A stretch of 64,000 nt of DNA, from assembly GCA_963924565.1 (NCBI GenBank), contig OZ004610.1, positions 31,372,001 to 31,436,000 of the forward strand, in the 5' to 3' direction. Source of the stretch: Ascidiella aspersa. Its lineage: Eukaryota. The translations under genes and the position numbers were made by a program. Positions 13,701-25,800 of this stretch are shown piece after piece (position 1 is the stretch's first letter; every line of letters begins with the position of its first letter). Below the pieces are notes generated by a model. That model worked only from the letters and a program-made list of their open reading frames with translations. It was not told the origin of the DNA and did no database searches.

Positions 13701-16700
13701 TCCACAACATAACCTTGCCATCCAACAGAACTCATATTGCCGACGATAAAAGTTCTAAAAGTTTATAATAGCTTGAGAAGAGCACCGCCTTAAACAAATG
13801 TCAGTCAGCAAGGTCTAAAAACTTTTAATAAAAATGCATTTCGCCATATAAATGAATGGCATTATCAGTTTATCTTGTTCAAATAGAATTTTTTTATTTG
13901 GCGAAATGCATTTTTATTAAAAGTTTTTAGACCTTGCTGTCTGATTTTTGTTCGATACGGTGCGCTTCTCAAGCTGTGATACTTTTAATTCTAAGACGCA
14001 AAACCAAATCGCAAGCAACAACATATAGTAAAATCTCTTTCGCCACCAGGTGACCATCATTGCGTCCGACGGCGGTCGCAAGAGTGCGCTCAGGAGCAGC
14101 TGCGAGCTGATAGTGACAGTGGCCGACTCGAACGACAACGCGCCGGTTTTCACCAACCCGGCCCGTGACGACATGACAATCTACGCAACCATCGTGCGTG
14201 ATGACGTCATCACACGTATACAGGCGGTGGATTATGACGTAGGAGCGAACGGCGCGGTCAAGTACCGTTTGACGAAGGAGGACGGGGTGCTGATCACCGG
14301 TTTTGTCAACTCGTCCCTGTTTATCGTTAACTCGACGACCGGTGATTTGAGGTTGAACATGAGCACGCCAAACTTGAGTCAGTCACTCGGCGAACATGCA
14401 ATCGAAATCGAGGTGTGTATATTACTATTTAAAACAAACTTGGTATACTTTTCAACAACGAGTCTTGCCTTTCATTTGAGCATATTACGCCGGCGATAAA
14501 AATTATAAAATTTTAATAAGCTTGAGAAGTGCATCGCTTCGAATCAAAATCAGCCAGAAGCTGTAAACCCTATTGAAATACAAAACATGCATTTTGAAGC
14601 GGGCGCTTCTCAAGCTTATTGAAAATAAATGTGCAAATTACTATACCGACATGCTTTATGGTATAATGCTGGGAAAAAATTGCCGGAGAACAACTATTGA
14701 CTCGATGTGAAAAACTTCAGGAGCGATAGACCGTAGTGAAGTATTAACGTTTCCACCTTAAGCAACTTACTTTAGCGATTTTGTTACGATGACAAAGCAA
14801 ATTTAACGCTTGACTTGTTACAACTCACCAGGCGCGTGACGGCGGCCAGCCAAGCATGAAGAGTCAGCGACGCGTGACCGTGATCGTGACCGACCAGATT
14901 GTGCTTCCGACTGTGTTCGCGATGCAAGAGGAGGTCACACCCTTCACCGCCAACTCTTCATTCATTATCATCATAGCTGCTCTTTCCTCCGCTCTGGCGC
15001 TCCTTTTCCTTGTCTCTGTGGTGGTTGTGTGCAGATGCAGAAGGGAAAATAAGGTGAGGACATTTTGATCACTGTTTCGTTAAAGGTGTTTAATTAAAAT
15101 ACAACAGCTTACTCCCTTTTTCAGTAAAGGTTTTTATCTTACCTATACGCAAGTTACGCATTACTGAAAAAGAAGTAAGCTGTTGTATATTAATCTTTAC
15201 AAGTAATAATCATTTCAAAGCCCATACAGAAGGTATAGCTCAAATAATTATTCGAAACGTTTAAAATGCTACCTACTTCTGTATGGGCTTCGATATTTTA
15301 TTACGTCTTACTACAAACTCCAACCATTATGCTCCAATCTTAACAAGCTTTCTCACAACCGTGCTTCATCAGGTCAAAGCAAGACCTTAGTAAGCATTAC
15401 AATATAATTTGTTTAAAATGTTTATATTTTTGTTGTACAGGTCGAAATGTTTTCGCGATAAAATTAGTGAAAGTTATCAAAAAATTATAAACAAGCCAGA
15501 TAATAACTTTATCCTTCGAATGACGAGTCTGATTGTAATTTCTGTCGGCTTGATTTGTGTACATTACTTTTAAAACGCCGAAAAAACAGTTTTTACGTTT
15601 CCTGAATATACTCTTCGGCGATCAGCCACTTAACTGCTTTCCCAACCTTTTAAAATCGTATCGCCATGCTGAAATCGCACTGACGCTGTAAAGCAAGGCT
15701 GCCCAGTGCTCATATAGCTAACAGAAAACGCATCACTGTAACTGCCTTCATATAACGTTTCTATTCCTTACTCCAATCGCAGAAAGTGCGAACGTACACA
15801 TGCAGCAAAGCGCACGAGGACAGGCGCAGCTCGGCTGATGTCCTGCACGAAAAACCTGCGGATCTGACCCGATCCACCTCAAAAGAAAGTCTAAAGGGTA
15901 GCATCGCTTGGAGCCAATCGTCCAACAAAAGGTAAACGATACATAAAGAACATTTTATCTCTAAAAATTCGCATATCTACCTATAGCCACACCCTTACAT
16001 ACGCGAAGTCCAGGTCTGTGTCGTTAAACCAGGCGTAATGAACTTCGCTTTTGTCCAACAGGCAGCACTCCTTGACGTACGACTCGACCACGGACGTGAC
16101 CAACCTGTCAAGAAGCGACGCGGTCGTGTCTCGCCAATTCACAAGCTCCGGAGCGAGTCTAGAAGGACAGAATGCAACGTTACTCAGTGGACAGGTGGGC
16201 TGGCAGATAATGATAGTTGCTTCCGGGAGGTTATATTTCTAGCATTATTTGAGTTACGTTGCAAGTTAAGGTTTGGGTTTGTCAAGTTTTTTATTCTCTT
16301 ATATTTTTTTTCTTTCTTGCGATTTCAATTTTGATAACTGGTTTAGTTACTGTAAAACAATTGGTTGAATTCTAGACCAGTGCCACTTTCTAAATATACA
16401 GTCCTGGTTACCACTTTATACAGTATTCCTAAAACGAATTTCCTCACTATTTATGAAACGACTTTAACCTTATAAATTTATACGTCAGGAGATTTACCAT
16501 TGCATCTGCCGATTACTAGCGATCCTTTGTGCCACAGTTATGTTTATGTATTAGATTATAACCTGATACAATTTGCATTGGCAGAGCGCTACCAGCAACC
16601 TAAAAGATCGACCGCTGGCCTCATCATCACACCACCACGAAGGTGACAGCGGTCACGGCGACAGCGAGCCTGACGTCACCAGTGGTGACGTGTCGTTTGA

Positions 16701-17955
16701 CCAAGGTAAGACGATGAATCAGCAGGTTTGCACTTTTAAAACTTATTATTCAGCAGTTTTGCTAAGTATCGGGTAAAAATGGTAGAATCAAATAAAACGC
16801 CAATAAAAAAGAGTATATTCATTCAGGAAGAAACAACTAAAAACTATATAAACTTCTACTTTGCCCTTCAAACCTTTTAACAGTTTTGGATTTCTTACTA
16901 TTTGTTCAAAGTAATAGCATTAAAGGGTATTGCGCAATAACCCGGGGAAACATTTCTGAAGTAAGCAACTTTTCCAAGTGAATTTACCAGCAGAAATATG
17001 GGGAAAACTTCATAACAATCACACTATACATACAGAATATTGGCATTCCTCAAATCCTATTTTATTTCAGGTTACGCAAGACAACGCAAACCATCCGAAC
17101 TGAGTTCCGTCGACGGGATGTACATTCAAAACGAGGGTCTCGGTCCGCGCTGCAACGACCAATGTTTACGGCTCGGCCATTGTGACACCTGCTGGATGCC
17201 CATTGAAACTGGTAAGCTGTGTTTTGCTTCATCTGGAACATTTCATATATCGTTTTTTTAATTTTTTAACGTTTCACAACAATAGGAATTTAGGCTTGGC
17301 TTATTTTTAATTTAAATTGTTAAAATCGTCGCAATGGCAACACAGTCTTATCAAAGTGTTTTAACCTATATTCACAAACCATAACGCTTGTTTTTTACAT
17401 TTTTTTTTCTTTTCAATTTTAAGATAATTTAGTGGAATAAAAAAAGCCAGACATGACTAAATTGCATTTTGTTTGTGTATTCCGTTTAAAGCATTTCGAA
17501 ATTTCATCGGATTTTTCTCTCCCGAAACAAAACACATACTAAACCGAAACCCGACTTTCCCCACAGACGCATCTCAGCCGCAGCTTTCCTCGGATACAAT
17601 GCTGAGCGCCTACCACAATCACAACAGTCCCTATACGGCGGTGGGAGCTGCTCAGAGCGACATTTCAGTGGAGAAAACCTCGACTGGCAATCTCGAGCCA
17701 ATTCCCGAAGCGCTACCGGTTCGTTCCTACTGGTCGCATACAACGGGTCCTGAACCCGCCATGAACTCTATCTACTCCAACGTGATGCCTGCGCTGTACG
17801 CCAAAAGCGCCCAGGACCATCACGGACACTACTTTGACCCTAAGCAGATACTGCTTGAAGCGAGGGTGGCGGCCAAAGCGTCCGCTGCCGGGAGACTTAA
17901 CTCCACCTCGGATAGCACCACAACTGGTTATGTGACTGAGCCGGAGTTGATTTAA
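7716..17955 (+). CDS. Pcdh: Delta-2-type (non-clustered) protocadherin, Pcdh8/10/17/18/19-like; 17 coding exons, ~1090 aa
   Basis: Hand-spliced GT-AG exons 7716-7857, 8368-8594, 9115-9286, 10032-10145, 10491-10624, 10967-11175, 11542-11687, 12094-12385, 12857-13034, 13464-13604, 14050-14412, 14832-15053, 15783-15931, 16062-16194, 16585-16705, 17071-17211, 17567-17955. Total 3273 nt with all phases compatible. Signal peptide; six cadherin repeats with LDRE/DxNDNxPxF motifs; EC1 C-x5-C (EEMCRDSRRC); TM (FIIIIAALSSALALLFLVSVVVVC); cytoplasmic CM1 (DSGHGDSE) and CM2 (CNDQCLRLGHCDTCWMP). Confidence 0.93.
8698..8812. mobile_element. Palindromic hammerhead-ribozyme-bearing repeat, family A (Penelope pLTR/retrozyme-like), degenerate
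   Basis: Inverted arms. The + arm reads TTGAC CTGATGA A GCAC GGTT GTGC AAA ATCT T GTCAAG (8749-8787). A further fragment lies at 8914-8940. Confidence 0.7.
13755..13995. mobile_element. Palindromic MITE-like repeat in protocadherin intron 10; related shorter copy at 14513-14625
   Basis: Inverted arms of about 90 bp (gcttgagaag...tttcgcca / tggcgaaa...cttctcaagc). Confidence 0.7.
15339..15379 (-). ncRNA. Minimal type-I hammerhead ribozyme motif (family A), near intact
   Basis: Reverse complement reads TTGAC CTGATGA A GCAC GGTT GTGA GAA AGCT T GTTAA. Stem I is TTGAC/GTTAA, the core is intact, and stem II has one mismatch. Confidence 0.65.
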
Positions 17956-18222
17956 TCCTGTCTAAAGAAACGCGCAATTTAGCGAACGGCCGACGCCAAG
18001 GCCGTCCCGCTTATTTTTTTGTTTTATTTTTAGTTATTCTCGCTTAATTAGTTGTTTTTTTTATTTTATTTTTCCTTAACAAATTCTATAGCCCTTGCTT
18101 GAGTTGCTGTCATTTTCCTCCTTTTTTTCTCTCTAGATATATATATGTATTTATCATTAAGTATATATACATAAAGTCATTTTTGTTCGCTGCTGTGTTG
18201 CGCCGGCGCACTGTGTCTTAAT

Positions 18223-18228
18223 AATAAA
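18223..18228 (+). terminator. Candidate polyadenylation signal (AATAAA) of the protocadherin
   Basis: AATAAA about 270 nt after the stop codon, following a U-rich 3'UTR and followed by GT-rich sequence. Confidence 0.5.
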
Positions 18229-21114
18229 ACACTTCGACGCGATTTCAGCGTTTAAACAACAGCGCGCAGTTTTGTGTTTGGAACTGAGGACAGGCAGCAT
18301 GACGAAGGTAGCTAAAAACTAGTGGATCCGATACTGAAGTCGTTATCAGTTTGCAGGAATATATTACTAAAACACAAGCTTAAACAAGTGGATTTATATA
18401 TTGTGAACATAGAAAACAAAACAATGTTATTCAATTGGAAACAGAATCAGTGTAAGTTAAACGTCATTGCCAAACACTTACAAGTAACTAACAGGGCGAG
18501 ATCCTATTGCTACAAAGTAGTAACACTAACAGCCGTAAACACAACTACAATTCCAAGGCACCATGTGCTCAGTGACCTTTGGCCGTTTGACCGCAAGTAA
18601 TAGAATGCTTACACAGTTAAGTCATAAAGCACTTACACCAAAATGCGCAAGGTTAACATTAGTTTGGAATATTTGTAAATGTATTTTTTGTTTAATTCCG
18701 TATTTGTTTAATTCTAAATAGGGTCATCAGGTTGCATTATATAAAGACAAAAAAAGTAGAAATGAAAACCATTAAAATACACGGAGTAGAAGCACAATAG
18801 CTATAAACGTAAAACAAGTTTTAAATAAATCAATCAAATTTACTTTTTTTGTGCAACTATCAAAAAACAACTTTAAATCAATCACTATGAGGTTTCAGTA
18901 AGCTTTTAAAATCAATTTCAACACCAGGCTCAAAACCGGCAATTCAATTACTTGTTTGTCTGGCCCAGTAATTCATCTGACAATAACAAACGGAAATTGG
19001 ACAGACATTGCCCAATCAAAAATAATGGAAAGTGGATCAAAACAATAGAAGGTCGTCGAGTGTCCTGACGCAAGAAAAATTAACCCTGCCCACTTAATGC
19101 AATCGAAGCGGCATCAAACAAAAGACATGTGCGCACACCGCTGCTCGTATCCTATATTTATTCTCCCCAAGATCGTTTCAAATAATCCACCACCTCCTTT
19201 CTAAGGCAATTTTCCCACTGTAAATTAATTCGACGTCATCTAATAAGCTCGAGAGCTGTAATAACGAGATTAAAACCTATATGAAAGTAAACTTTGTGGT
19301 GATTCTACCACCAGACAAGTACTGGCACCAGTGGGTTATGGTAGACATGGATGGACTGAAGATTTAAGCAGTAATTTTGGCTTGGTAGAAAACTAAATAG
19401 GCTGTTTTCGGATTTATTAGTTGTTTTTAGGTATAAACGATCAGAAGTTGAGATTTTCCCTAGGCCCATTTCCCTGAAATCACTTTTTTCGGTGTTTTCT
19501 GCGCTAGTTTGGCAACACATGTGGAAATCAATCCTAGAACGTTTTTTTCAGATAAGTGTTTCACTACGAAGTCAGTAAGTCACAAAAGTGAAAGCAAAAG
19601 CATTTTTTTATGTGTTTGGTTATAATAACATATATATATACCACTTTCTTCAGTGACGGATCCACTGTACCAGTCGTGTCCCCTCCAAACTATTTTGGCC
19701 CATCATCTGTCTTTCCCGTATATTTTAAGCGCTTTTTAGGATCTTTACAGACAAATGGCGCCTTCAGTACTGCAGCATTCTTTTCATTCTTGCGCTTCGA
19801 TCAAATATATTCATTCGTTAAAAATGAACAAAATGATCATACCAGCCGTTTTTTTAATATTTCATAAGTTCTAATTCTCACTTTTTTTAACCTGATTTAG
19901 TTGATGCCATTTTCGTGTTTCACCCGAATTACACCGCCTTTGCATCTGGCCATGCACTCTATCGTAAGTAACAAACCTGCAACTTAAAACTCCAAAACGT
20001 TAAAAAGTTAATTAGAGTTTTAAACACTTGTTTGTCGTGTAACTCGCAGCTGTTCGATCAACGACCCTCACAACTTGAAAAATTTTAATATATTGAACAA
20101 TATGCGTACATTTTATCTGTGCTCAATGCGTCAGTTATCCCTTAAATCTCAATTTAAAATTGAGTTTTAAACCAAATAGCCGCAATTATTTCGTGCTTCG
20201 CGCGACGCACTCGCCTTTCTTAAAACTGGACTTCAGTTCCACGTTTGCACAGAACTGTGATCCCAACGTAATGACAGGCTTCGTAAGCCAGTGCTCTTTA
20301 ACCAAGTGTACTTTATTCTGTATATATATGTACCAGAACCAGATCAAATCTGGGTTGTACAACTGACAAAAGTGTGCGTGAGTACACGGATTCGGTCAGT
20401 GTTAGTGCATGCCACAACTTCGAAAGAATACACAACTGTGCCCAAATCGCCCTGGTTTTGTAGCCAGATATAATAACCAACTACCCCACTAGTTATTATT
20501 TTTTAACTTCTGTGTATGGATCGATTCAGTGTGAACAAAGTCACAATATAAGGAAATAAAGGAAACATATAACACTGGTGTTTGTGAAACATACAGCTGT
20601 TAGTTAAACGGCTCATAACTTGTTTTTTATATACTCGATCCTTGAAATAAAAAGTTTGGCAAGTTAAACCTAATAATGGCAAAAAATAATTGCGAACGCT
20701 TTCCCTTTTTCCATGTATTTTAATTAGATTTGTCTAACGCGCACGAGTTTGGCCGAGAACGGCAATTTCAAAGAGTCACTTGTCTTATGGTATCACGTTT
20801 TATCGTAAATTTGTGAAGTCATATTTTAATTTTTATTCATTCCTTTTGCATTACTATTGGTGAGGTGCACAAAGTAAAGAACGGAGATAGCAGTTAAAGA
20901 GCACTGTCGTAAGCTGGCTTTGTTTCACAGTGTCGCAGTATGACGCCATTTTGTCTGCATTTCAGACACTATTTTTGACCCGGCCTCAACATTTCGTTTC
21001 TTTTGGGCCGCTCTAGAAATAAATTCCCCACCCCATAACTTACTTTCGATTTTCATAACTACTTTTCAGCAGAAATATCCTTTGCGACGTTCGGACGATT
21101 TCAATAAACTAAGA

Positions 21115-21572
21115 CAGTGGTTCTAAACCTTTTTAGCTTATGGACCGGTAAAATTTCAAAACAAATTTTGTGGACCGGTGGACCTTAAAAAATCAAACCG
21201 AAATGTAATACGACAAAAGTACGCAACTAAAAGCAAAGAAGAAAACTTAAATTTAATGAGCAATTTGCTACTGTTTTTTGATATCATACGTGTTATACGT
21301 GGTTCTATCCAAGTTTTTCACATACTTTTAAACGGGTGGACACAGCACTTGCAGCATTGTGACGTACGTTAAAGCCTAAAATAGACCATTAACTCTATAT
21401 TACCTCACAACGCTGCAAATTACGGAACTCGAGAAGTTTTAAGTTTGATTGACAAGCCTTAAACATATTGCATTTTGCAATTGAGATATAAAATTGTAAT
21501 ATATTTGGCGGACCGGCAGGAAAGTTGACGCGGACCGGCACCGGTTCGCGGACCAGCGCTTGAGAACCGCTG
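21115..21572. mobile_element. hAT-type MITE
   Basis: TIR cagtggttctaaac / cttgagaaccgctg; perfect 8-bp TSD aactaaga. Confidence 0.9.
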
Positions 21573-22152
21573 AACTAAGAGATAGCCTACAAACATATAG
21601 TTAAGACTTACCCAAAAGAGCGTGGATTTGTAGTTCACAGTAAGACAACAAAACAAAAATATTAACACCCTGATAGACTTACCAACTTCGTTTAAAAGTG
21701 TTTAAAATATCCTATATTTCTAAATGAAATACCATCGCAGACTCTCCTAATCTGTCGATCAATATTGCGTAAGCCGTAATCGTTAGTCAAAAAAGCAGCT
21801 TCCATTGGGGTAGATCACAGTTGTTAACACATAATCACATATGTGTGTGAATCTTTCATTGAATTTCCAACTATAAATCACTCATTTTAATTTACCACTA
21901 TAACAATAAAAACAACTTATTTTCTCTATCTGTACGGAATCACTTTTTTATACATATGTTTCAGATTTGACTAACTGACATTTTTCTTTTTCGTGTTTTA
22001 AAGTTTTATAAACTATTTAAAACCAAATTCCTGCAAAACTTAGAAATCGAAAAATAGTTCGTTTGATGTAAAAGAATAAACTGTTTTTCTTCCCGAGAGA
22101 GCATCATTTAAACCAGCGCGTGGTACACGATGAAATCGGGCTGGGGTTTCTA

Positions 22153-22400
22153 TACACGAGTCCATTTTTGAATACTTTTTGACTATTTTAACTACGTAAG
22201 TGCGAAAATTTTTCGCGATTCGCGCGAATGTTCTTTGTACGTCCGTTTTTTTACGTTTTGATGGTGTCTTTTGAATTAGATGAGCGCTTCTTTACCGTTG
22301 CGCCGTGGAAGGCTACCAAAGTGCGTCGCGGACAAACGGAAAATGTATTCAAAAATATTGCCTGCATCGCCCTAGCGCTGTGAGTTACTTTTCACAAAAT
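22153..22400. mobile_element. Copy of the TIR element nested at 62216-63058
   Basis: cacgagtccatt...tactttttgactattttaactacgtaagtgcgaaaa...cgtcgcg...acggaaaa.gtattcaaaaatattg is shared; here the attttaac site is empty. Confidence 0.75.
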
Positions 22401-22848
22401 GATTACTAAAGGATACGGTGTAAGTTAAACGTTTTGTCAACAGAAACCAAATAGGCGCATTTATTTACTTAGCTTAAGCTGCATAGTTTTACACCAGCTA
22501 TTTCGAGAACAGCACGCTTGGTAAGACTATACTTAAATTAGTGCGTCACGTTATGACGTAAATTGTGACGTCATTTGTAAGAATTTATATATGCCCCTCA
22601 AAAAACTAAAATCCTTGATCCGCCCCTGCAACATTGGCCAGTCATATGAAACAAATGCCACTGATCGCCCGCGAAAAAATAAATTCGGATCACGATAATC
22701 TGAACAAAAGTTTTTCCACTAGGCACATTTTATAATCCCTTAGACAAATTTTATATTTTTTGCAAAAAAAATTGATGTTTTAACTAAAACGAAGGAAAGT
22801 TTAAACATTTTCTAAAATTTTATGACAGTATATTTCAGGAAGTAAAAA

Positions 22849-25800
22849 ATGAAAATAGCAATCATATTGTTGCTACTTGTTTGCATCAGTCTTTGGAAAA
22901 CCACTAAAGCCAAAGGCATTCCGACAAATAATAATGAATTATCAGAGAGCTTCATAAACAGTGGTTCTTCTGGAAGCGTTGAAGATAATGATGGATCTCC
23001 TGTAGGATCTACAAATGGTGGGTCTCCTGGAAGCGTTGAAGATAATGATAGATCTCCTGTAGGATCTACAAATAGTGGGTCTCCTGCAAGCGAGGAAGAT
23101 AATGATGGATCTCCTGTAGAATCTACAAATAGTGGGTCTCCTGCAAGCGTTGAAGATAATGATGGATCTCCTGTAGGATCTACAGAGAGTGGATCTCCTG
23201 GAAGCATTGAAGATAATGATGGATCTCCTGTAGGATCTACAAAGAGTGGTTCTCCTGAAAGCGTTGAAGATAATGATGGATCTCCTGTAGGATCTACAAA
23301 GAGTGGGTCTCCTGGAAGCATTGAAGATAATGATGGATCTCCTGTAGGATCTACAAAGAGTGGTTCTCCTGAAAGCGTTGAAGATAATGATGGATCTCCT
23401 GTAGGATCTACAAAGAGTGGTTCTCCTGAAAGCGTTGAAGATAATGATGGATCTCCTGTAGGATCTACAAAGAGTGGTTCTCCTGGAAGCGTTGAAGATA
23501 ATGATGGATCTCCTGTAGGATCTACAAATGGTGGGTCTCGTGGAAGCGTTGAAGATAATGATGGATCTCCTGTAGGATCTACAAATGGTGGGTCTCCTGG
23601 AAGCGTTGAAGATAACGATGGATCTCCTGTAGGATCTACAAATGGTGGGTCTCCTGGAAGCGTTGAAGATAACGATGGATCTCCTGTAGGATCTACAAAG
23701 AGTGGATCTCCTGAAAGCGAGGAAGATAATGATGGGTCTCCTGTAAGATCTACAGAGAGTGGGTCTCGTGGAAGCGTTGAAGATAATGATGGATCTCCTG
23801 TAGGATCTACAGAGAGTGGATCTCCTGGAAGCATTGAAGATAATGATGGATCTCCTGTAGGATCTACAAAGAGTGGTTCTCCTGAAAGCGAGGAAGGTAA
23901 TGATGGGTCTCCTGTAGGATCTACAGAGAGTGGGTCTCCTGGAAGCATTGAAGATAATGATGGATCTCCTGTAGGATCTACAAAGAGTGGTTCTCCTGGA
24001 AGCGTTGAAGATAACAATGGATCTCCTGTAGGATCTACAAATGGTGGGTCTCCTGGAAGCGTTGAAGATAACGATGGATCTCCTGTAGGATCTACAAATG
24101 GTGGGTCTCCTGGAAGCGTTGAAGATAACGATGGATCTCCTGTAGGATCTACAAAGAGTGGATCTCCTGAAAGCGAGGAAGATAATGATGGGTCTCCTGT
24201 AGGATCTACAGAGAGTGGGTCTCCTGGAAGCATTGAAGATAATGATGGATCTCCTGTAGGATCTACAAATGGTGGGTCTCCTGGAAGCGTTGAAGATAAC
24301 GATGTATCTCCTGTACGATCTACAAATGGTGGGTCTCCTGGAAGCGTTGAAGATAACGATGGATCTCCTGTAGGATCTACAAATGGTGGGTCTCCTGGAA
24401 GCGTTGAAGATAACGATGGATCTCCTGTAGGATCTACAAATGGTGGGTCTCCTGGAAGCGTTGAAGATAACGATGGATCTCCTGTAGGATCTACAAATAG
24501 TGGGTCTCCTGCAAGCGTTGAAGATAACGATGGATCTCCTGTAGGATCTACAAATGGTGGGTCTCCTGGAAGCGTTGAAGATAACGATGGATCTCCTGTA
24601 GGATCTACAAAGAGTGGATCTCCTGTAGGATCTACAAATAGTGGTTCTCCTGCAAGCGTTGAAGATAATGATGAATCTCCTGTAGGATCTACAAATAGTG
24701 GGTCTCCTGCAAGCGTTGAAGATAATGATGGATCTCCTGTAGGATCCACAAAGAGTGGATCTCCTGGAAGCGTTGAAGATAACGATGGATCTCCTGTAGG
24801 ATCCACAAAGATTGGGTCTCCTGTGGGATCTACAAAGAGTGGTTCTCCTAAAAGTGATGAAGATAATGATGGATCTTCTGTAGGATCTACAAAGAGTGGA
24901 TCTCCTAAAAGTGATGAAGATAATGATGGATCTTCTGTAGGATTTACAAAGAGTGGGTCTCCTAAAAACGATAAAGATAATAATGAATCAACAAAGACTG
25001 GATCTCCTGGAAGCAATAAAGATAATGATGGATCGCCTAAAAGCGCAACAAATAGTGGATCTCCCAAAGGTGATAAAGAAAACACTACATCTCCTAGAAG
25101 TACAAAAGATAACATTGGATCTTCTGGAAGCGCAACAAAAAGTGGATCTCCTAAAGGTGATAAAGATAATAATGGATCTTCTGTAGGATCTACAAAGAGT
25201 GGATCTCCTAGAAGTACAAAAGATAACAGTGGGTCTTCTGGAAGCGCAACAAATAGTGGATCCCCTAAGGGTGACAAAGGAAATAATAGTTCTCCTGGAA
25301 ACGCATCTCCTTCGAGCACAAAACAGAGTACATCTCTTGCCAGCCATACAAAGACCACTAAATGCCATGATGGTACAACACATAGTAGTGCATCTTCAAT
25401 GGACGACAACACTAGTGGATCACCGGGTAGCACAAAAGATAAGAGTGGATCTCACAAAAGTAGCTCAGACGGCTCTAAAAGTAGCAAAGACAACAAGAGT
25501 GAAAGTCCGAAGTCGCCTTCGCCACACCCAAATCACTCCAGTTCCAACAAGCATGGTAAATTGCATGCATTGAAACGTCTTAACTTAAATTTCGGGTGTA
25601 AACTAAGGGCTTATACTTCCATATTATATAATCCAAGTGGCACGTATTTTTCGAATGGCCTTTTGTTTTGTGGACAAACAACTTTTTATGGCTCTCTTTT
25701 TATAAATAACCCAGAAAAGGGAGTTTCTAAACCTTTAAACGCTGTTCATTTTTGCGTTAAGTTAAGATAAACATATGTAAATTAAAACGTATATAGCCCA

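Noticed and set aside
16555-16584. Alternative acceptor TTAG at 16554 for protocadherin exon 15
   Set aside because: Gives an in-frame TGA after three codons; the acceptor at 16584 preserves the frame.
22972-24963. Regular array that could be mistaken for CRISPR
   Set aside because: No unique spacers; it is an in-frame coding minisatellite in a eukaryotic gene, and no cas genes are present.
22812-25433. 873-aa minus-strand ORF (PGDPLFVDPTGDPSLSS repeats)
   Set aside because: Antisense shadow of the 57-bp coding repeat. The + strand has the signal peptide, upstream acceptor and downstream exons.
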